From Phoronis australis (Eukaryota > Animalia > Phoronida), in assembly GCA_002633005.1 (NCBI GenBank), contig NMRA01000003.1, positions 2,571,442 to 2,635,441 on the forward strand: a stretch of DNA of 64,000 nucleotides. The letters are read 5' to 3'. Positions 56,401-64,000 of this stretch are shown piece by piece (within the stretch, counting starts at the first letter, position 1; each line of letters begins with the position of its first letter). The position numbers and the translations under genes were made by a program. The notes under the pieces were generated by a model, which saw only the letters and a list, made by a program, of their open reading frames with translations, did no database searches and had not been told where the DNA came from.

Positions 56401-59400
56401 TAGCATCACAAAACAGAACGCAACATTTCATCATGAATAGCTAAGCAACATTTCACTATTGTAAATACTAGTCTCACACATATCACCCATTGAAGTGATT
56501 CAGTTATGATGTGATATTCGTGACGTTTTATCTTCACACTCTATTTCACACACGACTTACGTTGTGTGTCATTCCTCTAATGCTCTTTCCATTCACTTCT
56601 AAAATCACGTCACCCACTTCGAGTTTTCCACTACTGGCGGCGGCACCTAGTGGGAAGATCTTGCGCACACGCACCACAGCTTTGTTCGGGTCAGGATTTG
56701 TTGCTGTGACACCTCCATAGACACTAAAGCCTAGACCACTACTTCCCTTTTGCAGATCAACTTCAAAGGTGTTGTCTAAAAAGGAAGGAAAATCATACCA
56801 ATGATTATAATAACGACAATGACAATACTTGGACAATACAGTAATAAATTAGGCATTTACCTGATAAAAACAAATATGTTCTGTGCTGTTGTTTGTCACC
56901 ACATAAAGAAGATGCAGGCATTAATAGGTGTGCACAAAAATTAGGGACTTCAATGAGTCTTTTTACCACACAGACCACTTAAAGTTAAAGCTAAAAACAA
57001 AATTGGACACATTGATGAAACGGTAAATCTCTTGACCTTAGCCAAGTTCTGTACATGAGTTTGTGGTCTTCAGTAATGGAGCAGTGGCCAACAGTCCAAT
57101 CACAATGTACATAAAATAGCCACACTCCCTAGCCACAATTACAGCTTGCAGACAGAATGGCAATGGATATAGCAAGTCTTGCTGGCAACATCACATCTTA
57201 TGCAAGCTGAGTAAACGCACTAATTGGTGGGGTAAATTTGTCGCAACTTGTTAGTCACCAAATCTATTAGGACACAATTAAGGGATCTGACACAGTTTTA
57301 AGATATTGTTGATTTAAAAAAATATTTTGTAATTTGACCTATGTTTACAACAAATCTGCAAAAAATGCTGGGGTTGCCAATTATTTTTCTCTTAATAGCT
57401 GCCTAAACAGAAGCACCCCAGGCAAAATTTGAAATTTACATGAGTTGCTGACGAGCCATCTCTAATTAAACAAAGCAAGGTATCAGTTTTATGTTTTAAC
57501 ACCCGTACTATAATTATATGCCCCAGTCTACTGACTTCCTTACATCTACGATTTTTGTTGATTTTGAGCACCTCAATTTCGTCACTTTGGTTTCAAAAAA
57601 GTTATACTCTGTCAATTTTTTTTCCTTAATACTGCCCCATGTGTTTGTTACAAAATCAGAAAAAAGTAGGGGTCAATGACTTAGTTTTTGAGCTAAAGAA
57701 AAATGAGTCAATTTCAAGATCATGGTTACCCCTCTGCTTTTCACTAGATGGCGTTTAATTATTCAATTGTAATTATGAAGTAACTTTCAATTAGTAGACA
57801 TGAATAAACTAAAATGAGAAGGTTCACCAAAAATTAAGAGACATGTCTACATTTAAGTTTGTGCCCATTCTCACGTTTAGAATGACGTCATGAAATTTGA
57901 ACTCGCCCACCATCATTTAACGCTTTAGTAACAAAGCTCAATACAAAATCAACATTTTTCCAAATAATCAATTCGTTATGGGAAATCCAAAATAATATTC
58001 GAATGTTTTTCTTCCAAACAAGTCAATTATCATAAAACACCGACTACTTTGAAGTTTTGTGGCAAACTGTTTAACAACATGGATACATTGAAGCGAGAGA
58101 ACATTCTTTGCCTAATTAAGAGTAAGCAACACACAAAGCCAACCAACGTTGAAATATACCTTCAAGACTAACAGTGTCAACTGACATAAGATCTAAACAA
58201 TATATGTTGTCTGTAACAAAATATCATTAGAAGTAAAACTTATTTATTATACTTTTTCAAGAAATCATCACATTTCATATGACTTTAAAACGTTTATCAG
58301 TTTGTTAAGCTTTTAGCAAAAAATTCTGTTTTTACCAAAAAAGTGCTCAAAGAGGCGAACTTTATTATCAAGGTTTTAATACCGAGTTCCATAAGCTTTT
58401 GCCGACTTTTGACGAAATACAAAAGTCTCTGCCACCACCTTCCAAAATGCTGGGATTTCAGTGGACAACACTGTTACACTTTGGGAGTTGGTGTATTTCA
58501 GATTCTGGTCAATAACCAACTCAGTTACATAAGTGTGACCAAAACTGACCAACAACAAGGGTACCAGAGAGAGAATCATACTCAGGAACATCGCATCTTA
58601 CGCACAAACCACCAACGAACCTACGAATCATGCAAACGAACCCATGAATCCCGCATACGAACCCAAAAATTGGGAAATCATACATATGGAAACAAACTCA
58701 TACACACGAGCATCTAATCACACGCACAAACACGGCATATACAGATACTCATGCTTAGGATTTGGGTTCGTATGATTTGTGGTTTGTGCATGATTTTTTG
58801 TTTACATGGGTGATTTTTGGGTTCGTACGCATAGGTTCGTAGGTGGTTTGTGCGTAAGATGCGATGCTTGTGCGTATTATTATGTGGTACCCCTGAATAA
58901 GTGAACCATTAGTAAAACCTGGATCATCAAAATGATGTAGTCACTGCCAAGTGTCAGCTTGTTTCAACTAAACCTTAATTGATTTTTTCTCTTAAATTTC
59001 TCCTTATGATACGCTACATCACATACCTTTGTTAACAAAGTGGTAAGACGAGTCTTCCTCCCCGCCATCTGTTCCATCCTTCTCACTCTTCCTACCCATA
59101 CTGACACTGTCATACTCAGACAGGCCTGGTGTCACTGGTGGTGTCTGGACAGGCAATAATTTACCATTAGTTATGAATGTTGTGACACACACTCAAGCAC
59201 ACACACACACTTCTATTCAACATGACCTATTGTCCAGCAATAGGTAAGGTAACACTAATTTGTATGAATTCAATACTGTCTCCGGTTCATTAAAGTTAGG
59301 ACCTCGCTAAAATGCAAGAGTTCACAAAATTATGTGAGATATTGCATATATCTTAAATGAAAACACGAAACTTCAGCTAGATTTTAGCTATGTCCTAGTG

Positions 59401-62400
59401 TATGTCCTAGTGTATGTCCTAGTGTAGGTCCTAGTGTAGGTCCTACTTTAAGTCCTAGTGCAGGTCCTAGTGTAGGTCCTAGCGTTACTGAACGCACACC
59501 TGGCATTCAGTTTGAGTAGAAAATAACTCGAAATTCATATTCACAAAAATATGCCCACAATCACAGCAGGCACTTCTGATATGAATAAGTAGTGGTTTCA
59601 TTATCTGTATTGTGACATAAAATAATCCTCCTACTGGGTTTGGGTTTGTCACACAACAGTGATCACCGCTAACATAAATACATTCATTGAAAGCCAAGCA
59701 GATCAGGAAGCACTGAAGCCTTACCTTGAAGGCAGGCGACATGCCCGTGCGCGGAGGCAGGGGCACGCCCCTCTCCATGACTAGCCGGCACACCTGAGGG
59801 GCACTACGTAGGGTCTCCACAGCTTGTTTATGGGTGACCCCCTCCAGGCTGACATCATTTACAAAGAGCACCCGATCACCTGGGACACACGGCAGGAACA
59901 GACATTTTGAACATGGATGAGACACCACAGATTTACACATCAAACAACTTGTAACATTTACAAAAGCAGGCATGATTTTCAAAATAGCACAAGACAATTA
60001 AACCTGCAAAAGTTTCCATTCAGAAAATCAAAGACAAAAAGTCCAAAATACAACCAGCTCAAGGAGTCCTGCTACTCAATAAAATACGTCACGCTACAAT
60101 TGAAACACTGATTGACTTGAATTTACAAAGCCATGTCCAACAGCCTCTGAACAAATAATGCTTTATAGCTCTTCAGTAACAGACTGAAGTGAGGTATTAC
60201 AAGGGAGATAACAACTTATACAAACATAAAGAAGAGTGTTGATATGCACCTACTGTGTGCATTGTACAAAGTGCAAGTACAAGAAATGACCATTATTTTA
60301 AACATTTCCACTAAATGGAGTAATGTTGGTAAACTTAATAACAACCACTAGAGAGAGTAAATCAAGTCAGAAATGCTGTCTACAGTTGGAACATACCTGA
60401 CACATTTCATCATGATACTTCAAGAAGTTTGGAAGATGGGAGCAGACGACGAAGGACATAAAAATAATAGCAAGCCACAAGGGGCACAATGTAGGTCAAA
60501 TCAACCTGAAACACTGTAGGTGCTGTCGTCCATGTGACAACTTAATTGTCAAAAAACAGACTAAAACGGGATGCCGGACGGACGTAAGATGATGGCATAA
60601 ATGGAATTTGACTAAAAAGGTTCTGTCCAATTGACCAGAAACAATGTCCCCTAAACTGTCCTTGCAAAGGTGATCTAAATTTAATGATGAAAATCAGTAA
60701 TACAGTTGGTCTAAAGACAGCCTCATTGAAATCTGGTTACTAAGTGACACTGAACGTGTAACATTTACAAGCCACATTCATTAGACTCCACACCAAAACT
60801 GGGGCAGAGTACTTACCTATCCTTATTCGACCACACTGATCTGCAGCTCCCTCTTGTACCAGAGTTTTTACATAAATTCCACCATGTTTGACACTAGTGT
60901 TTACACCCCCCTGCAAGTAATATACGGGTTTAATCACATGCCGCATAAAATTTGAATGCAGACGACATTTCCAGTCATCAAAATTTAATAAAAGCACAAA
61001 CTTTTAAGGTACAAAGTATATATTATAAACCTGAAGTCAAGATTTTGTCAAAGACTAATCCTGAGCCACCATGGTAGGTGAGGTTGACAACTTCACGAAT
61101 TGCATCATAATAGTTCCAAATGGAAAAATATCTTTACTTCCGGAACTTTGAATATGAAAAAATAAGTGGAAGATGGTCATGTTTGGATCTTCTGCTTCTG
61201 AATACTAACTAGTCTCAAATGAGTTGTGGACTCAAAATGCGTGTGTTTGCGTGTGTGTGTGTGTGTGTGCGCGCGCATGAGTAACTGCATGTGTGTGCGC
61301 GTGTGTAACTGCATGTGTGTGCGCGTGTGTAACTGCATGTGTGTGCACGTGTGTAACTGCATGTGTGTGTCTGTGTGTGCCTGTGTCTGCGTGTGGATGG
61401 TTCTGTTTGCATGCATCTGTGGGACGAAGAATCTGTTAAACAAGTCATTCCATTGACACGTGAAAGTGACCTTTATCACACAAGGTGAGGAACGTGCCAT
61501 TCTTAGTGACTTACAGTTACATTCAGGCCTAGACTGTTGTTGATCTTGTCCAGTAGCACCTCATAGCGATCACCAGGACTGAGGTCATCTGGGAGGTCAC
61601 CAACAGAGGGCGGGTGAGGTGTGGAGCTAGAACTGGCATCATAGCCTCCCAGACTCAAAGGACTGTCACTGAATGCACTAAACCAGAGATAACAGTAAGT
61701 AAGCTTGGGCCGAAGGCATGCCGATCCATGACAGCTGATCAACAAATGACACATTGAATAAACATTAACTCAACTTCCATGCAGTGATACGGACTTGATT
61801 GAGTGATGAATGTGTAATTATCTCGACTCAGACTTGACTGAGAAAACAAAAAACAGAGTAGAGGAAAACTAAACATCAACAGTTCATGTAGAATTATCAT
61901 TACAGATTGCATGTACATTGTATGCCTGGAGAAGAGTGTACTCAGTCAGTGCGTAAGTTTACCTGAAGTTACTACCAGGCCTCTGTTGAGGAGTAGCCGA
62001 CTTCTTACCAGCAGGTGGCGCTGGTGACGGTGTCTTGGCAGACGTATGTTTACCTCTGTTGAGCTGTGCAGCTTGGGCTGCTTGGAAAGCTATGGTCACC
62101 TCACTGTCCACCTCAACAGATTCATCTGCAGAATGGGAGAGATAGTGGTTTAGAAAGACTTGCAGAACCCACAAGCATAATATCAAATCATACATCATAC
62201 AAGAGTTTAATTTGGACAAAAATTTAAAGGATAGAGTATCACGGACACTTATCTACACCAAATAAAAGAGTCTGAGGAACTGTAGGAAAACAAGATATGT
62301 TTTAACGGTTACTTTCTTAATAAAATCAGCAACCTGAGAAGGATGTTGATTTGAACAATAATGCACTTATTCCAGTACTCAAGCAATCTTCTTTAATGTG

Positions 62401-63720
62401 TAATGATATTACAGAATCTGAATTATTACAAACTTTTGCTATTCACTGTAACTTTAACCTGCACAATTGCCCAATATGCTTGTAACAGCTGAATAACATG
62501 TTTCTCAACAGGAGTTTCAACTTTTCCAATCAAGCACACAATGACACAAGCAGTAGCAAACAATGGACGATATGTTAGATTTTTATGAGGAACTCAAGGA
62601 GTAAGATTGTGAGTCGAAAGCGATAACAAAATCTAGATAAACTGTAAGCTTACACTATTTCTAATCACTTTATTTAGTTTCCATGTACTGTGGAAAGTGT
62701 TTGGAGAATTTGGACTAATTACTGACCACAACACCGACACCAAAACCATTTACATAATGGATTCCCTGATCACTCATTGCTGATACACTACTTATGACGT
62801 CAAATGCACAGGGGTGACCTTTCTAGCTTACCAGGAGCATTTGAACTAGGGTGGCAAATAACAGGTGAATGGCTGGAATTTTAGAGAGGTGACTAGGAGG
62901 TGACTAGGCTTATTTGTAATAATAGTAAGGCAGGTAACTGAAATGCATTATAATATTAGCATTGATTCCAGGATTTGCACTTGATGAGCATTGGTTGTAG
63001 AAATGTTAAGCCATTTACCTGGTGCTTCTTCAGACTTCTTCTGCTTTTGGTTCTCAACAACAGGTGGCTCTGCAGCATCAGCTGACGTCTGCTTCCTGCT
63101 CTTGTTGATTGTAGCATAGACTGGTTCAGCTTTAGGAGTAACACTTCCACCACGCTCCTTTCCTTTATTTCCTGACGGTGGTTTCTTATCTGAGAATTGT
63201 ATTGTTTCGTATGGATTAAAATCAGCGCTAGGTGTTTGAGGAAGAATATTAGCCACCTCCATATCAGACTGCTCATCATCCGATGAGCTCATAGCATCCA
63301 CATCAACATGAGCCTCCTCTAGCGTACTTGTCAATGTCAAGTTATTTGGCGTCTTGCGACCATTAGTCAGGGACGCATTTGATGTATGTACAGCATTACT
63401 ATGGGCTATAGCAATACGCTCAACAACAGGACGTGGCTGTGACATAGGCTTTCTGGTTTCAGTCTTTTCAGATTGTGTAGAGAGTGGTGCGTGTTCTGCT
63501 ACAGACATATTGCTGCCTGAACTGAAGCTGTTTTGGTTCACCTGCCGCAGCCCTGCTGGGTCCTCAAAGTCTCCCTCATAGCCACTAATGGAGTCTCCCT
63601 TGACCTTCACTTGAGACAGTAACAGTTGCACCTGACGAGGCGAGTTCTTGATCAGATCTACAGCCACCTGTTGGGGCATCCCCTCCAAGCTCTGACCATT
63701 GATAGCAACAATGCGGTCTC
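17388..63720 (-). CDS. PTPN13: Multi-exon gene (5'-partial in window) for a PTPN13/FAP-1/PTP-BAS-like tyrosine phosphatase: end of PDZ1, PDZ2-5, PTP domain; 21 coding exons
   Basis: PDZ2 reads [22 protein letters not shown]...[25 protein letters not shown], very close to human PTPN13 PDZ2 as I recall it. PTP motifs [49 protein letters not shown] and QTKDQY are present. All exons have AG/GT boundaries with matching phases (5390 nt total). Confidence 0.93.
18164..18226 (-). CDS. PTPN13: PTPN13-like exon: PTP Q-loop
   Basis: ttacag|[21 protein letters not shown]|gtaaga. Confidence 0.92.
18516..18644 (-). CDS. PTPN13: PTPN13-like exon: PTP catalytic loop
   Basis: ttcag|[32 protein letters not shown]...DLK|gtaact. 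Confidence 0.95.
18800..18955. mobile_element. Degraded small MITE with CC(G/A)TAAAC..GTTTACGG ends
   Basis: Short inverted termini preceded by TA; GC-richer interior. Confidence 0.4.
21149..21311 (-). CDS. PTPN13: PTPN13-like exon: PTP domain WPD loop
   Basis: [21 protein letters not shown]|gtaaat. Confidence 0.94.
21946..22207 (-). CDS. PTPN13: PTPN13-like exon: PTP domain
   Basis: [43 protein letters not shown]; ttcag| acceptor and AG|gttcgt donor. Confidence 0.94.
22418..22565. repeat. Intronic minisatellite, 30-bp unit, about 5 copies
   Basis: acctttacatggtgcaactacagcagttta head to tail. Confidence 0.95.
23427..23517 (-). CDS. PTPN13: PTPN13-like exon: PTP domain pTyr-recognition loop
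   Basis: ttgtag|[31 protein letters not shown]|gtgagt. Confidence 0.92.
23930..24743 (-). CDS. PTPN13: PTPN13-like exon: linker and pre-PTP region
   Basis: tttcag|G LSQSRPN...GQYSG...EEPLEEYK|gtaggt; phase 2-0. Confidence 0.88.
24858..24931 (-). pseudogene. tRNA-like sequence (tRNA pseudogene or SINE head)
   Basis: GTCCTGA/TCAGGAC acceptor stem, GCTC/GAGT D stem and TTCGAGT T loop; two mismatches in the anticodon stem and one in the T stem. Confidence 0.65.
26528..26776. mobile_element. Intact copy of the same MITE, TSD ATTTAA
   Basis: cagggcttggaat...attccaagcccag flanked by atttaa on both sides. Confidence 0.85.
27569..32358. mobile_element. About 250-bp MITE (CAGGGCTTGGAAT..ATTCCAAGCCCTG) split by the LINE; 6-bp TSD CTTAAT
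   Basis: Left part 27569-27635 and right part 32174-32358 join to match the intact copies; cttaat at 27563-27568 and 32359-32364. Confidence 0.85.
27636..32173 (+). mobile_element. Near-full-length but decayed non-LTR retrotransposon (LINE; ORF1 plus APE-RT ORF2; possibly RTE-X-like), antisense in a PTPN13 intron
   Basis: ORF1 fragments show a coiled coil plus [17 protein letters not shown] and [11 protein letters not shown]2 shows APE motifs [23 protein letters not shown] and SDHL; RT motifs [27 protein letters not shown] and YKYLG; and a C-terminal CxxC..H..C. There are many stops and frameshifts. It ends in AATAAA, with a possible aaatag TSD. Confidence 0.9.
33687..33778 (-). CDS. PTPN13: PTPN13-like exon: PDZ5 second part
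   Basis: ttcag|[32 protein letters not shown]|gtatgg. Confidence 0.9.
36510..36792. repeat. About 280-bp imperfect palindrome (likely MITE)
   Basis: tatgcagaaaatt..gagtcattact.aacttacttgagataaaag..cctctggtggattc is mirrored by gaatccaccagagg..cttttatctcaagtaagtt.agtaatgactc..aattttctgcata. Confidence 0.8.
39167..39555. mobile_element. PIF/Harbinger-type MITE, GGCCC termini, TSD CAG
   Basis: ggcccggtctccaatctttttactcgaa / ttcgagtacaaagattagagactgggcc; cag on both sides. Confidence 0.82.
40931..41098 (-). CDS. PTPN13: PTPN13-like exon: PDZ5 first part
   Basis: ttccag|[56 protein letters not shown]|gtacag. Confidence 0.92.
42045..42384. mobile_element. Harbinger-like MITE (internally deleted copy)
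   Basis: TIR agaccctttcatact/agtatgaaagggtct; similar to 43182-43678. Confidence 0.7.
43182..43678. mobile_element. Harbinger-like MITE (longer copy), TSD ATA
   Basis: aggccctttcata..tatgaaaggctct flanked by ata; internal repeats of gaccggagtt.agcgttcatactg. Confidence 0.7.
47405..47638. mobile_element. Third copy of the 6-bp-TSD MITE
   Basis: cagggcttggaat...attccaagctctg; flanks tttaat/tttagt. Confidence 0.8.
50295..50783 (-). CDS. PTPN13: PTPN13-like linker exon (PDZ4-PDZ5)
   Basis: tttaag|[10 protein letters not shown]...ATQPE|gtaagg, 489 nt, phase 0-0; the acceptor (AAG) is less certain. Confidence 0.8.
50895..51540 (+). mobile_element. Decayed 3' fragment of a Penelope-like retroelement (GIY-YIG endonuclease)
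   Basis: Translates as [31 protein letters not shown], then [19 protein letters not shown] and, after the [14 protein letters not shown]. This matches the PLE GxxYxIPCxxC..YIGET..R..EH / SAxxxH / NRDxG pattern. Confidence 0.8.
51194..51347 (-). mobile_element. tRNA-derived SINE with 15-bp TSD
   Basis: Box A TGGCGTAGTGTG and box B GGTTCGAGTCCC on the minus strand; AT-rich tail with AATAAA; TSD tcgt(a/g)gcaggataat at 51179-51193 and 51348-51362. Confidence 0.85.
51840..52217. mobile_element. Diverged third relative of the Harbinger-type MITE
   Basis: Shares aatctttgtactc, caagataggtgtctattattatgcttgagtac and the gtacaaaggtt..agggcc end. Confidence 0.6.
52686..52871 (-). CDS. PTPN13: PTPN13-like exon: PDZ4 second part
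   Basis: gtcag|[31 protein letters not shown]...TTM|gtaaga. Confidence 0.9.
53181..53582. mobile_element. MITE with about 50-bp diverged TIRs (Harbinger-like)
   Basis: gtcccaaatagggactcaactaag vs cttagatgagtccttatttgggac are inverted. Confidence 0.55.
54293..54445 (-). CDS. PTPN13: PTPN13-like exon: PDZ4 first part
   Basis: ttcag|[51 protein letters not shown]|gtaggt. Confidence 0.92.
54618..55628 (-). CDS. PTPN13: PTPN13-like exon: long Ser/Thr/Pro/acidic linker between PDZ3 and PDZ4
   Basis: 1011-nt open frame, ttctag|[13 protein letters not shown]...SSIEG|gttagt, phase 0-0. Confidence 0.87.
55984..56076 (-). CDS. PTPN13: PTPN13-like exon: end of PDZ3
   Basis: tttcag|[31 protein letters not shown]|gtaagg. 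Confidence 0.9.
56561..56775 (-). CDS. PTPN13: PTPN13-like exon: PDZ3
   Basis: tttag|[22 protein letters not shown]...[18 protein letters not shown]|gtaagt. Confidence 0.92.
58556..58895. mobile_element. Palindromic MITE with CA(A/G)GGGTACCA ends; probable 5-bp TSD aacaa/aataa
   Basis: catcgcatcttacgcacaaaccacc vs ggtggtttgtgcgtaagatgcgatg are perfectly inverted. Confidence 0.7.
59027..59144 (-). CDS. PTPN13: PTPN13-like exon before PDZ3 (not in supplied ORF track)
   Basis: gtccag|[40 protein letters not shown]|gtatgt. It supplies the phase 0-to-1 shift needed to join the flanking exons and yields YHFVNK-DNTFEV. Confidence 0.85.
59391..59482. repeat. 12-bp tandem repeat (gtcctagtgtag), about 7 copies
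   Basis: Direct. Confidence 0.9.
59725..59879 (-). CDS. PTPN13: PTPN13-like exon: end of PDZ2
   Basis: cccag|[37 protein letters not shown]...FK|gtaagg. Confidence 0.92.
60817..60910 (-). CDS. PTPN13: PTPN13-like exon: PDZ2 core
   Basis: ttgcag|[32 protein letters not shown]|gtaagt. Confidence 0.93.
61238..61395. repeat. (GT)n-derived 24-bp minisatellite
   Basis: gtgtgtaactgcatgtgtgtgcgc repeated about 4 times next to a GT run. Confidence 0.9.
61515..61677 (-). CDS. PTPN13: PTPN13-like exon: start of PDZ2 (alternative acceptor would start at 61668)
   Basis: [21 protein letters not shown]|gtaagt; two in-frame AG acceptors 9 nt apart. Confidence 0.87.
61963..62125 (-). CDS. PTPN13: PTPN13-like linker exon
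   Basis: ctgcag|AT GAA acceptor; TTCAG|gtaaac donor; phase 1-2 fits both neighbours. Confidence 0.82.
63019..63720 (-). CDS. PTPN13: PTPN13-like exon: C-terminal half of PDZ1 plus linker
   Basis: ttttcctgcag|GA GAC acceptor; [37 protein letters not shown]; donor CCAG|gtaaat; phase 1-1. Confidence 0.9.
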
Positions 63721-64000
63721 CTGCAGGAAAAAAACCAATAGATATTCTACTCATAACACCACACAGCATGTGAAGTAACCAATAGTATTGTAAACCTTGG
63801 GCTTGTGCGGTAAAATCTCATCAATTTAAGACACAATATGGCCGATGAGTGAAATTTTATTTTCTCATTTTTTCAATGGAAGATAGGTAGCACCAAGGTT
63901 ATGCTTTCCTATTTTCAAGTTCTGCACAAAAGCTGTCACCAAACGTTTTGAACAATTGTGGGCATTCACATCATTGTGAAAAGGGGAATTTCAGTAATTG

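Noticed and set aside
61177-61500. ORFs with HTRTHMQL / CVRVCNCM repeats
   Set aside because: Translations of a GT-rich minisatellite.

Overview
AT-rich eukaryotic genomic DNA, very likely from an invertebrate animal, since it has GT-AG introns, many MITEs and a LINE. The right three-quarters carry the 3' part of a PTPN13/FAP-1-type non-receptor tyrosine phosphatase gene on the minus strand. I traced 21 coding exons from 63720 to the stop at 17388. All splice phases are compatible, giving about 1,800 codons: the end of PDZ1, PDZ2-5 and a PTP domain with intact motifs. The 5' part (expected KIND/FERM) would lie beyond the window. The introns hold a decayed near-full-length LINE nested in a 6-bp-TSD MITE, a Penelope-like GIY-YIG remnant split by a tRNA-SINE and followed by a hammerhead-like core, and several Harbinger- or hAT-type MITEs. 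The left 16 kb has no convincing gene. It contains a 5.6-kb element (8444-14052) with TAG..TTA ends, a 3-bp TSD and long modular inverted arms (Academ-like), secondarily invaded by other MITEs. It also has four 5-bp-TSD MITEs and an IS3EU-like 6-bp-TSD MITE. No prokaryotic systems such as CRISPR are supported. Superfamily names rest on termini and TSD patterns, not on database searches.
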